NCBI GenBank assembly: GCA_964555185.1
Contig: CAZKRD010000002.1
Coordinates: 21,646-85,645, forward strand
Source: an uncultured Candidatus Saccharibacteria bacterium
Lineage (GTDB): Bacteria > Patescibacteriota > JAQUNI01
Length of the DNA stretch: 64,000 nucleotides
Reading direction: 5' to 3'
Under the pieces are notes generated by a model. That model had not been told where the DNA came from. It was given only the letters and a program-made list of their open reading frames with translations, and did not search any database. Each line of letters starts with the position of its first letter. Position 1 is the first letter of the stretch. The translations under genes and the position numbers were made by a program. Below, one piece after another: positions 45,632 to 54,959 of the stretch.

Positions 45632-46921
45632 TTAGAGTGATTTATAGATAAAACCTCTTTTCTCTGGTTTTCTAGAGAGGAAATGGGACTTGACGTCAAT
45701 TAAGACCGGATTTTTTTTGGTGATTTCTTGAATTTTTTTTAAACTTATTTTTTCAAATTGCTTGTGAACCAGGCAGAGGACGATTCCGTCCATTTTCGGA
45801 GCGCGGGCAAGCTCGGAGACGTTTTTAACTTCAAAGCCGGTCATTGCTTGTTCTGACAGCAAGGGGTCATAGGCATAGAGATTCACTTTATACTTTTTTA
45901 AGGTTTCAATAATCTCCTTTGCTTTTGAATTGCGGATATCCTTAACATTTTCCTTGAAGGTAAGGCCCATGATCAGCACCTTTGCCCGCTGGACTCTTTT
46001 CCCTGCTTCGATCAAACCCCGGATTGTAAGTTCTGCCACGTATTGGGGCATTGAATCATTCATTCTCCGTCCGGCTAAAATCACTTGCGGGTGATAGCCC
46101 AACTCCTCGGCGCGATAGGTCAGATAATAGGGGTCTACGGGGAGACAGTGGCCCGAGGGCATCCCCGGTTGATAGGCATGGAAATTCCATTTTGTTGCCG
46201 CCGCCTCCAAGACCTCTTGAGTGTTAATACCAAGACGATGAAAGATCAAGCTCAATTCATTGATTAGGGCAATGTTTAGATCTCTTTGAATGTTTTCAAT
46301 TATCTTGGCTGCTTCCGCGGTTTTAATATTTGGCGCTTTGTAAATACCAGCTTTGCAGATTGAGCCGTAAATTCTTGCTGTTTTTTCGAGCGCTTCCTTG
46401 TTGCTTGCGGAAACAATTTTGATGATTTTGTCGATCGCGTGTTCTCGGTCCCCAGGATTGATTCTTTCTGGTGAGTAGCCGATATACCAGTCAGAGCCCT
46501 CGTTAAGATGGGAGTGTTTTTCAATCATGGGAACGCAGATTTCTTCGGTCAGGCCGGGGTAGACTGTGGATTCAAAAACAACGATCGCTCCTTTTCTGAT
46601 ATTTTCTCCGATTGTTTTTGCCGCTTTTTTTAAGAGAGACAGATCAGGTCTTTTGGCCCGGTCCACCGGCGTTGGGATCGCGGCAATAATAAAATTGGCT
46701 TTCTGGATAATTTTGGGGTTAGCCGAATAGCAAATTTTTACCCTCCTAAGATCAGAAGATTTTACTTCGTCGGTAGAATCAATCCCTTTTTTTAATTCTT
46801 GGATCCTTTCTTTTTTAATATCAAATCCAAAAACCTCTTTGCCTGCTTTGGCAAAGGCGACAGCCAGAGGAAGACCGACATAACCAAGACCGATTACGCA
46901 GATTTTAGTTTTGGGAGGCAT
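45632..46921 (-). CDS. Nucleotide-sugar dehydrogenase (UDP-GlcNAc/GalNAc 6-dehydrogenase-like)
   Basis: VIGLGYVGLP, ESTVYPG, YSPERINPGD, GHCLPVDPYYL; ATG 46921 preferred. Confidence 0.93.
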   Translation of the reverse strand: MPPKTKICVIGLGYVGLPLAVAFAKAGKEVFGFDIKKERIQELKKGIDSTDEVKSSDLRRVKICYSANPKIIQKANFIIAAIPTPVDRAKRPDLSLLKKAAKTIGENIRKGAIVVFESTVYPGLTEEICVPMIEKHSHLNEGSDWYIGYSPERINPGDREHAIDKIIKIVSASNKEALEKTARIYGSICKAGIYKAPNIKTAEAAKIIENIQRDLNIALINELSLIFHRLGINTQEVLEAAATKWNFHAYQPGMPSGHCLPVDPYYLTYRAEELGYHPQVILAGRRMNDSMPQYVAELTIRGLIEAGKRVQRAKVLIMGLTFKENVKDIRNSKAKEIIETLKKYKVNLYAYDPLLSEQAMTGFEVKNVSELARAPKMDGIVLCLVHKQFEKISLKKIQEITKKNPVLIDVKSHFLSRKPEKRGFIYKSL

Positions 46922-46926
46922 AGGTT

Positions 46927-47080
46927 TAATTTTCAATTTCCAATTTCCAATCAAATTATAATTTTCAATGATTTAATTTTCAAATGGTTTGAAGATTTAG
47001 TCATTGGTTATTGCCTGCCTGCCGGTAGGCAGGGTAGGCAGGAAAATTGACTGAAAATTGGTACTTGAAAATTGAAAATT
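46927..47080. repeat. Family C element carrying a 29-bp CCTGCCTGCCGGTAGGCAGGGTAGGCAGG insertion (47014-47042)
   Basis: Aligns with 5694-5750 on both sides of the insertion. Confidence 0.85.
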
Positions 47081-48032
47081 ACACTTCATAGTATTCCCGA
47101 TACCATTTGATAAATCGCTTGATCCCTTGTTCCGCGCTCGTTTTCGGCTTCCAGTTCAATTTCTTTACTGATTTTCCAATCTCTGCCTGTGATTCTTTAA
47201 CATCACCGGGCTGTAAGGGCAGCATTCTTTTCTTCGCTTTTTTACCCAACTCTTTTTCAATACAGCGGATAAAGCGTTTTAAAGAAATGGTTTTGTTATT
47301 TCCTAAATTAAATATCTCAAAGGGATAGGATTTTTTCAAGGCGGCCGCTGTGCCGCCAACAATGTCATCAATATAAGTAAAGTCCCGTTTCATTTTGCCG
47401 AAATTATATACTTCAATCGGTTTTCCGTTTAGGATTCTTTTGGTGAACTTAAACAGAGCCGAGTCAGGCCTGCCCCAAGGACCAATCACGCTGAAGTAGC
47501 GCAACCCTGTGCACTTAAGTCCATAAAGATGGTGATAGGCGTGGGCAATTAACTCATTGGCCTTTTTTGTCGCCGCGTACAGCGATATCGGCTGATCAAC
47601 CCGCGCCTGAACCTTAAAAGGCATATTTTTATTATTCCCGTAAACCGAGCTGGAAGAGGCATAAACGAAATTGTTCACTTTGTGATTTTTGGCCTGGTCA
47701 ATCAGGTTTGTAAAACCAACCAGATTGCTTTGGATATAGACGTGGGGATGACTTAAACTGTGACGGGTTCCAGCCTGGGCCGCTAGATGGCAGACTTTGT
47801 CTATTTTGTTTTGCTGGAATATTTTTTTGACGAAATTTAGATCCCTAATGTCTCCGCGATAGAGCTTAAAATGCGTATATTTCTCCAGGATTTCGTTCCG
47901 GTCTTCTTTTAACTTAGGGTCATAATAGGGATTAAAGTCATCAATCCCTAAAACTTTAACCCTTTTTTGAAGCAAGTATTTCGCGATGTGAAAGCCAATA
48001 AAACCGGCCGAGCCGGTAACAAGGATAGTCAT
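47079..48032 (-). CDS. NAD-dependent epimerase (UDP-glucuronate 4-epimerase-like)
   Basis: GSAGFIG, HLAAQAG, ASSSSVYG, YAATK, GPWGRPD, RDFTYIDD. Confidence 0.92.
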   Translation of the reverse strand: MTILVTGSAGFIGFHIAKYLLQKRVKVLGIDDFNPYYDPKLKEDRNEILEKYTHFKLYRGDIRDLNFVKKIFQQNKIDKVCHLAAQAGTRHSLSHPHVYIQSNLVGFTNLIDQAKNHKVNNFVYASSSSVYGNNKNMPFKVQARVDQPISLYAATKKANELIAHAYHHLYGLKCTGLRYFSVIGPWGRPDSALFKFTKRILNGKPIEVYNFGKMKRDFTYIDDIVGGTAAALKKSYPFEIFNLGNNKTISLKRFIRCIEKELGKKAKKRMLPLQPGDVKESQAEIGKSVKKLNWKPKTSAEQGIKRFIKWYREYYEV

Positions 48033-48104
48033 ATTTTGAGGTTTTTAAGAGACATATATTCTAACATCTTTTCAGCTACTAATCAATGTTTTACAATTTT
48101 AATT

Positions 48105-48189
48105 ATCATCTTAAGGCCGATAGGCCGAAGGACCTTTAAGGAATATTCACGAGATCCCTCGTCCTCGCTTCGCTCGTCCTCGGGATGAC
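48105..48189. repeat. Palindromic element of the TCATC..GAAGGA / TCCCTCG..GGATGAC type
   Basis: Inverted arms downstream of mraY; same style as the 35064 element. Confidence 0.65.
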
Positions 48190-48195
48190 CTTTGG

Positions 48196-49269
48196 TCACT
48201 TTGGCGGCGTTCCCATGCCCAAGAGACCGATAATCAGGCCCAAGACGCAGCCCAAAACCGCGATGATCCAGAAGCGCATCACCACTTTTGGTTCGGGCCA
48301 GCCTTTAGCTTCAAAATGATGATGAATCGGAGTGGACAAGAATATTTTTTTCTTAAAAACTTTTTTGGAGATCCATTGGATGATTACCGAACCAGATTCA
48401 CCGACCAGGACCAGGCCGATTAGGGGGAGGACCAGGGCGGAGTTGGTCAGCATCGCGATAATCCCCAAAGTGGTGCCGAGACTCATTGCCCCGGTATCGC
48501 CCATAAAAAAGCGGGCGGGGTAGATATTAAACCACAAAAAAGCTAAAAGAGCGCCGGCAATCACGCCGCAGAAAGCAGCGAGTTCAATTTTGCCTTTGGC
48601 AAAGGCGATCACCCCGAAACTGGCAAAGGCAAAGAGCAGAGTGCCGCCGGCTAATCCGTCAAGGCCGTCGGTTTCATTGGTGGAAAAGGAGGTGGCGACC
48701 ATAATAAAGATGAAGATTGGGATGTACCACCAGCCGATCGCGAAATCGCCAATCCCAGGGACGTGAATTACGTCCCAGTCTAATTTATAATAAAACCACC
48801 AGGCGCCAAAAAGAGCAACGACCGTGTAGAGAATAAAGCGGTGGCGCATCCGCAAGCCTCCGCCTCTTGGTCCGACTCGATAGACGTTCATTAAGTCATC
48901 AATCGCTCCCACCAATGCGGCGGCAACTAAAACGCCTAACGGAAGCAGGGTCTGGGCCCGGGTTAAGAAATTGAGGTATTGAAAAACTGGGAGTCCGCTC
49001 AACTTTTTGAGCGCGAAGATGACCAGAGCTAAGACTAAAACCGTGCCCCAGATCAGGATGCCGCCCATTGTCGGCGTGCCCTCTTTCTTTTTATGGATTT
49101 TAGTGTAGATCGGCGCTCCGTCCTGCCTGATCCTTTTACCAATCTTATACTTGCGCAAAAATTTAGTTAAGATCGGCGTCCAGGCCATCGCGATGATAAA
49201 AGAGATCGTGGAGAGGATAAATACTTTGGTTAGGCCCGGGAAATATTGGAGTCCTTGGGAGGTGTCCAT
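48196..49269 (-). CDS. mraY: Phospho-N-acetylmuramoyl-pentapeptide transferase
   Basis: KEGTPTMGG, DD, NETDGLDGL, FMGDTG, PIHHHFE. Confidence 0.97.
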   Translation of the reverse strand: MDTSQGLQYFPGLTKVFILSTISFIIAMAWTPILTKFLRKYKIGKRIRQDGAPIYTKIHKKKEGTPTMGGILIWGTVLVLALVIFALKKLSGLPVFQYLNFLTRAQTLLPLGVLVAAALVGAIDDLMNVYRVGPRGGGLRMRHRFILYTVVALFGAWWFYYKLDWDVIHVPGIGDFAIGWWYIPIFIFIMVATSFSTNETDGLDGLAGGTLLFAFASFGVIAFAKGKIELAAFCGVIAGALLAFLWFNIYPARFFMGDTGAMSLGTTLGIIAMLTNSALVLPLIGLVLVGESGSVIIQWISKKVFKKKIFLSTPIHHHFEAKGWPEPKVVMRFWIIAVLGCVLGLIIGLLGMGTPPK

Positions 49270-49271
49270 GA

Positions 49272-49366
49272 TTTTAATTCAAAGTTCAAAATTAAAAGTT
49301 CAAAGTTTCAAAAACTTTAAATTTTAAATTGTAACTTTTAACTTTGTACTTTTAACTTTTAACTTG
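49272..49366. repeat. Family D hairpin element
   Basis: AAAGTTC arm then TTTAACT arm. Confidence 0.8.
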
Positions 49367-49368
49367 AT

Positions 49369-50277
49369 TTACGGCCAGGTGTAGGCCCGAAAGGTCCAGT
49401 CAATCAGGCCTTTCGCTTCCTGCCAGCGGTCTTGGCTGTCCAAGATAATCACAATGATTTCATTTCCTTTACTGTCGCGCCCTGCTTCCATTAGGCATCT
49501 GCCCGCATTGTCTGTGAACCCTGTTTTGCCGCCAATAATATCAAGATAAGTTTTGTCTAATAGTTTATTCGTGTTTTTGATCCATCTTTTGCGGATATTG
49601 GTTTCAAAAATAAACAAAGAGGTGCTCATGATTTCACGGAAGACTTGCTTGTCTAAAGCATAGCGGGTCGTCACAGCTAGATCATAAGCAGAAGAATAGT
49701 GCCTTTCTTGATCTAAGCCGTGGGTGTTCTTGAATTGGGAGGTTTTAAGCCCAAGCGCTCCAACTTTTTGATTCATCGCTTCCACGAATTTTTCTTCACT
49801 GCCGCTTACGTATTCAGCCAAAGCAATTGCCGCATCATTAGAAGAAGACATCAAGAGCCCGCGCAAGAGATTATAGATTGAGATTTCTTCCCCTGCTACC
49901 AATCCCATGTCTGCGCCGGCAGGCTGAACAGCTAAAGGACCTGTCCCGATAACAGCAGTCGCGTCCGGCTCAACGCCTTGGTCCAAGATGGTGACCGCGG
50001 TCATTATTTTGGTTAAGCTCGCCATGGGCAGGGCTTCCCTGCCGTTTTTTTCAAAAAGAACCTGGCCTGATTCTTGATCCAGAACCAGAGCGGATTTGGC
50101 AGTCAACTTGACCCCAAGCATATCTGGGTTTTTGGTTGGTCCGGGTTTTATCTCTTGGGCCAGGATTGCTTCTTGTTCATTCTGATCGTAAGCTAAAGGA
50201 AGCCGTGCCTGTTGGTTGATTGGTGTAAGGTAAGTAGAAGCAATTAAAGTTAGAAGGCTTGTGAATTTGAAAAGCAT
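49369..50277 (-). CDS. D-alanyl-D-alanine carboxypeptidase (peptidase S11)
   Basis: ASLTK (SxxK), SSND (SxN), KTG. Confidence 0.93.
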   Translation of the reverse strand: MLFKFTSLLTLIASTYLTPINQQARLPLAYDQNEQEAILAQEIKPGPTKNPDMLGVKLTAKSALVLDQESGQVLFEKNGREALPMASLTKIMTAVTILDQGVEPDATAVIGTGPLAVQPAGADMGLVAGEEISIYNLLRGLLMSSSNDAAIALAEYVSGSEEKFVEAMNQKVGALGLKTSQFKNTHGLDQERHYSSAYDLAVTTRYALDKQVFREIMSTSLFIFETNIRKRWIKNTNKLLDKTYLDIIGGKTGFTDNAGRCLMEAGRDSKGNEIIVIILDSQDRWQEAKGLIDWTFRAYTWP

Positions 50278-50288
50278 TGTTTAGAATG

Positions 50289-50325
50289 ATGAGTCATGCC
50301 ACCAATTCCGGGTGGTCACCCAGTA
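50289..50325 (+). repeat. 37-bp repeat, inverted partner of 44641-44677
   Basis: ATGAGTCATGCCACCAATTCCGGGTGGTCACCCAGTA. Confidence 0.8.
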
Positions 50326-50339
50326 CGGGACGGGTGAAA

Positions 50340-50846
50340 TTATGAATCATGAATTTTTTTGAATCGAGAATAATTTGGCAATTGGGAAATATTGGTTAAA
50401 CCCAAGTGCCGCAATAGATCAGAAGTGATTTGATAATATATCCTATTTTTTTTCCTTTTTCGGGAAATCAAGCCGCGGCGCAAAAGACTGCGCAAGACAA
50501 AAACAGAATTCACACCCCTGATTTCTTCAATTTGAAAGCGCGCGATCGGGCCCTTGTAAGCCACAATTGCCAAGGTTTCTAAAGAGATTCGAGACAATTT
50601 TTCTCTTAATGATTTTTGCCAGTATTGTTCTAAAAACCGCGCGTATTGAGGGTCGCTGACTAGTTGAATTTTGTCTTCTTTTTTCAGGATTTTTAGTCCC
50701 CTGCTTTGACAATCGCTTTCAAGCCTGGCAAGCGCCCCTTCGATTTCTTTTTTATCTACTCTCAAGACCTTTTGGAGTTTTGTGAAACTCTCTTTCTCTC
50801 CTGAAACAAAAAGAATCGCTTCCAAAATTTGAGGAAGATTTTGCAT
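50340..50846 (-). CDS. scpB: SMC-Scp complex subunit ScpB
   Basis: LEAILF, LETLAIVAYKGPI, IEEIRGVNS, LPN. Confidence 0.93.
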   Translation of the reverse strand: MQNLPQILEAILFVSGEKESFTKLQKVLRVDKKEIEGALARLESDCQSRGLKILKKEDKIQLVSDPQYARFLEQYWQKSLREKLSRISLETLAIVAYKGPIARFQIEEIRGVNSVFVLRSLLRRGLISRKRKKNRIYYQITSDLLRHLGLTNISQLPNYSRFKKIHDS

Positions 50847-51010
50847 ATTTTTTTGGATAAAGTATCAGAAGTCAGTTTATTTCATTGTAACACTAGAGCG
50901 AAAAAAAACAAATGTTGACATAATCCTTCTTGTTTTTAAGCTTTCTGTGGAGATTTTTCCAATTCCGATTCCTTGATTTTTCATCTTTTTTGTGGCAAAG
51001 TTTATATCTT

Positions 51011-52462
51011 ATGTTTTCCGAGATTAAAAAATTAATCAAACATTCGGGGATTTATGCTTTGGGCGTTTCTAGCCAGGCCCTGCTCGGCTTTTTATTGGTG
51101 CCGATCTATACCCGGGTTTTATCCCAAGCAGATTTTGGCCGTTTGGAGATTCTTCAGACTTTTTTAAAAGTGCTTCTTTTTTTAATTCCTTTGGGCTTTA
51201 CTTCCGCGCTTTTGAAGTGTTATTACCGTGATGCCAAAAACCAAAAGCAAAAGAGAGAGCTTGTAAGTACTGCTTTCATTTTTATTCTTTTGCTCGCGGT
51301 TTTGGAGATTCTGTTTCTCTCTTTTTTTGCTGGCTCTTTAAGTCGTTTTCTGATCAAGATTAATTTTCCGATTATTATCTATTTACTGCTTGGAAGCGCT
51401 TTCTTTGCGGTTTTGACTGAACTTACCCTTTCCTTTTTGCGGGCAAGGGAAAAATCAAAGCATTATGTCCTGCTTTTTATTTTAAGATTTATTTTAATTC
51501 TGGGAGTGACGCTTTATTTGGTTTTGGGCTTAGATTTGGGCCTTTCCGGTGTGATTTTAGGGGGTTTAGTTGGCCAGGCAATTGTCTGTATTTTTGCCTT
51601 GTCTTATCTTCTTAAATATGTTAAAATAGCTTATTCTAAAAGAGCCTTGACAAAGTTGCTCGCTTTTGGCCTGCCTATTTTGCCGGCCTCGATTGCAATG
51701 TGGGTGATGGATCTTTCTGACCGTTATTTCTTGCGTTTTTTTGGGAATTTCTCCGAGGTCGCTCTTTATTCTTTGGGTTATCGGATCGGCTTTATTCTAG
51801 AGGTTTTTTTAGTAATTCCGTTTCAACTTGCCTGGCCCGCCTTTTCCTTCCGGATTGCTAAAAGACAAGATCACCGTAAGATTTATGTCCGGACCCTGAC
51901 TTATTTTTTTCTGATTGGCCTTTTTGGGGTTTTGGTGCTTTCTTTTTTTGGGCCGGAGATTATTAAGATTCTAGCGCCATCTAATTATGCTTCTGCTTTC
52001 CGTGTCGTACCGGCGGTGGCGCTTGCTTATGTTTTTTATGGCTTACATTTTGTTTTGGCGCCAGGCATTCATTTGAGGGAAAAAACAAAGTACTACCCTC
52101 TTTTGATTATTTTCCCGGCAGTTCTGAATATTATCCTTAATTTTTATTTTGTGCCCCGCTACGGCATGATCGGGGCGGCAGTAACCACCGTGTTCTCTTT
52201 TGCCTTGGTTTTAATCTTAACTTATTTTGTAAGTCAGCATTTCTATCCTTTAAAGCAGGAATGGCGGCGGTTGATTAAGATTCTGACCATGGCCGTAATC
52301 GTATTCGGTCTCTCAAAATTTTTGTTCTGGCCCAAAAGTCCGATTGGTATGTTAACCAAAATAGCCTTGCTTATCTTCTTCTGGCTTGGTCTGTGGGGGC
52401 TGGGGTTTTTTACAAAAGAGGAAATTGGAAAGGTAAGATCATTATTTATTCGAACCAGATAA
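51011..52462 (+). CDS. Wzx-type oligosaccharide flippase
   Basis: Multi-TM, PIYTRVLS..FG, DRY motif; ATG 51011 preferred. Confidence 0.88.
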   Translation: MFSEIKKLIKHSGIYALGVSSQALLGFLLVPIYTRVLSQADFGRLEILQTFLKVLLFLIPLGFTSALLKCYYRDAKNQKQKRELVSTAFIFILLLAVLEILFLSFFAGSLSRFLIKINFPIIIYLLLGSAFFAVLTELTLSFLRAREKSKHYVLLFILRFILILGVTLYLVLGLDLGLSGVILGGLVGQAIVCIFALSYLLKYVKIAYSKRALTKLLAFGLPILPASIAMWVMDLSDRYFLRFFGNFSEVALYSLGYRIGFILEVFLVIPFQLAWPAFSFRIAKRQDHRKIYVRTLTYFFLIGLFGVLVLSFFGPEIIKILAPSNYASAFRVVPAVALAYVFYGLHFVLAPGIHLREKTKYYPLLIIFPAVLNIILNFYFVPRYGMIGAAVTTVFSFALVLILTYFVSQHFYPLKQEWRRLIKILTMAVIVFGLSKFLFWPKSPIGMLTKIALLIFFWLGLWGLGFFTKEEIGKVRSLFIRTR

Positions 52463-52470
52463 TTCCAAAA

Positions 52471-52497
52471 GGGGCGGCCACTTGGGGCCGCCCCTAC
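52471..52497 (-). repeat. GTAG-type REP element
   Basis: GTAGGGGCGGCCCCAAGTGGCCGCCCC. Confidence 0.8.
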
Positions 52498-52505
52498 AAA
52501 AATTT

Positions 52506-53450
52506 ATGTCAAGATTAATTGTTACGATCCCGGCCTATAATGAAGAAAAAAGCATTGGCCGGGTGATTGCTGAAATTCCGCGAGAGATTCCAGAAATCTC
52601 CGAGGTCTTGGTTTTGGTTGCGGATGATGGATCAGAAGACGAGACTCGGGAGGTCGCGCGCCGCGCTGGCGCTGACTTTGTTATCTCTCATCCGAATAAA
52701 GGCCTGGCTTTGAATTTTCGGATTGCTCAAGAAGAGGCCTTGAAGCTGGGCGCGGACATTATTGTTAATATTGACGCGGACGGACAGTATAACGGTAGAG
52801 AGATTGCCAAACTGATTAAACCTGTTGTTTCCGGCCGGGCCGATATTGTTCTAGGCAATCGTCAGGTGAGGAAATTGGATCATATGCCTTTCGGCAATAA
52901 ATATGGTAATATAATAGGTAGTTTCCTGCTTTCTCGCTTAACTAGGCTCAAGATCATTGACGCCTCGACCGGCTTTCGCGCTTTTTCCCGCGAGGCGGCT
53001 CTTCGTCTGAATGTGATGACCCGCCACACCTATACCCATGAGACCTTGATTCAGGCCGCTGACCAGGACCTTGTGATGGTCCAAGTGCCGGTGGAGTTTC
53101 GCAGGCGGGAGGGCAAATCGCGCTTGATTTCCAATTTGCGGAGTCATATTTTTAAGGCAGGGATTACGATTATCCGGACTTTTACGGTGTACAAGCCCTT
53201 GCGCGTAATGTCCAGTATTGGGGGCTTCCTTTTTGGCATTGGCTTTATTTTTATTATCCGTTTTTTGTATTATTATCTGATTGGCGGCGGAGAAGGTCAT
53301 ATCCAGTCGTTGATTATTGCCGCGGTCCTGATCATGATCGGCTTCCAGACCATTGTCCTGGGCCTGGTTGCTTCGGCGATTGGCTGGTCTCGGAAACTGA
53401 AAGAAGAGATTCTGTATCGGGTTAAGAAGAGAGAGTTTCGGAGTAATTAA
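52506..53450 (+). CDS. GT2 glycosyltransferase with C-terminal TMs
   Basis: IPAYNEE, DDGS, DADGQY, GFRAFSR. Confidence 0.9.
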   Translation: MSRLIVTIPAYNEEKSIGRVIAEIPREIPEISEVLVLVADDGSEDETREVARRAGADFVISHPNKGLALNFRIAQEEALKLGADIIVNIDADGQYNGREIAKLIKPVVSGRADIVLGNRQVRKLDHMPFGNKYGNIIGSFLLSRLTRLKIIDASTGFRAFSREAALRLNVMTRHTYTHETLIQAADQDLVMVQVPVEFRRREGKSRLISNLRSHIFKAGITIIRTFTVYKPLRVMSSIGGFLFGIGFIFIIRFLYYYLIGGGEGHIQSLIIAAVLIMIGFQTIVLGLVASAIGWSRKLKEEILYRVKKREFRSN

Positions 53451-53509
53451 AGGATTAAGGTTAAATGTCAAATTCCAAAGCTCAAATTTCAAATTAATGT
53501 CAAATGCCA

Positions 53510-53950
53510 ATGAGAATTTTAATTATAATTCTTTTATTCTTCGCGATCATCGCGCTTTGCGGCTATGCCGCTTTTATTGGTCCCAGGCTAGAACTCGCTC
53601 CTTGGCAAACCTTAGAGGAGGCAGAAAAGTATGATGGCCTTCTAATTGAGAGCGGCTACAATCGGGTAACCGGAATTTTAGATCAGTTCGTTATTATCGC
53701 GCCCTATAAGCATCAGATCAGTCTCAAGGTTGATCCGGATTTTAAAATCAAACCCAATGATTTTATCAGTTACCGCGGCAAGGTGGACAAAGAGGGTTAC
53801 ATTATTGTTTCCGAGATCTATGTCCACAAGAGCCGGACCTTAAAATATCTAAGTTCCCTAGTCGCCGGCCTTGTCATCGCCGTTTGGTTTTTCAAAAAGT
53901 ATAAATTCAACCTGAAACGATTTTATTTTGAGAAGAAAACAGGAATTTGA
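53510..53950 (+). CDS. Hypothetical two-TM membrane protein (possible OB-like periplasmic part)
   Basis: N- and C-terminal hydrophobic helices. Confidence 0.65.
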   Translation: MRILIIILLFFAIIALCGYAAFIGPRLELAPWQTLEEAEKYDGLLIESGYNRVTGILDQFVIIAPYKHQISLKVDPDFKIKPNDFISYRGKVDKEGYIIVSEIYVHKSRTLKYLSSLVAGLVIAVWFFKKYKFNLKRFYFEKKTGI

Positions 53951-54001
53951 GATTTAATTATCTTCAACTTTTAACTTTGCACTTTCAACTTTTAACTTAA
54001 T
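53946..54001. repeat. Family D array
   Basis: TTCAACT TTTAACT TTGCACT TTCAACT TTTAACT. Confidence 0.75.
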
Positions 54002-54005
54002 TTTG

Positions 54006-54476
54006 ATGCCCGACCTAATCACCCATTGTCTTGCTTCCCGGATTATCCTCTTGGGAAGACTAAAGAAATATTTACTGCTTTTTGCCTTGGGCACGATCCT
54101 GCCCGATGTATTATCGCGAGTTCCGGTTTTGTTTATGGCCGGCTGTTATCGCTGTGCCTGGGCTTTCACGGTTTTGCATTCTCCCCTGCCCCTTATTTTG
54201 TTTATCCTGCTTCTCTCTCTTTTATTTACTAACAAAAAACAGGCTTTTTTCAGTTTGTTTTTGGGCATGGTTTTGCATTTGGGCTTGGATTCTCTCCAAA
54301 GACACTTAAGCAAGAGTTATTATTGGTTTTTCCCTTTCTCCTTTAAAACCGCGGAATTCGGTTTGTTTTATCCGGAAACAAGCTTGTATTTTATTCTGCC
54401 CCTGATCCTTATCGCACTTTTGATTTATACTTTTGAATTATATTTTAAGGGTAGAGGCGCACGGAAGAATTTTTAA
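54006..54476 (+). CDS. Membrane-bound metal-dependent hydrolase (YdjM-like)
   Basis: MPDLITH, LPD, HS, HLGLD, FPF motifs. Confidence 0.75.
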   Translation: MPDLITHCLASRIILLGRLKKYLLLFALGTILPDVLSRVPVLFMAGCYRCAWAFTVLHSPLPLILFILLLSLLFTNKKQAFFSLFLGMVLHLGLDSLQRHLSKSYYWFFPFSFKTAEFGLFYPETSLYFILPLILIALLIYTFELYFKGRGARKNF

Positions 54477-54485
54477 CTTTGAACA

Positions 54486-54959
54486 ATGTTCAATAAACTT
54501 AAATCCCAGCGGGAACTTTTAAATATTGTTGAAGGTCGCCAGAAGCAAGGCAAGAAGGTCGTTTTTGCTTGCGGTTGTTTCGACCTTTTCCACCCCGGTC
54601 ATTTTTACTATTTAAAAAAGGCAAGGGCTTTGGGCGATTCCTTGGTTGTTTGGCTTAACCGTGATCAGTCGATTAAGAAATTGAAAGGAGAGGGGCGGCC
54701 TATTTTTCCAGAGAGACACCGGATAGAACTTGTCTCTGCCCTGGAGTTTGTTGATTTTGTTTGTCTTTTTAGAGACGAGCAGGGATTAGAGATTGTAACA
54801 AGATTCAAACCAGACGTTGTTGCGGTTAATGATTGCTCTGCTCCTTATCTTCAAGCAATCAAGGCTTATGGCGGAGAGGCAAGAACCATTCCTCTTTTAC
54901 CGGAGTATTCAAGCAGTAAAATAATCAATCAAATTTTAAAAAAACACTATGCCCAATAA
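54486..54959 (+). CDS. Cytidylyl/adenylyltransferase (RfaE domain II-like)
   Basis: GCFDLFHPGH, KGEGRP, SSSKII. Confidence 0.88.
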   Translation: MFNKLKSQRELLNIVEGRQKQGKKVVFACGCFDLFHPGHFYYLKKARALGDSLVVWLNRDQSIKKLKGEGRPIFPERHRIELVSALEFVDFVCLFRDEQGLEIVTRFKPDVVAVNDCSAPYLQAIKAYGGEARTIPLLPEYSSSKIINQILKKHYAQ

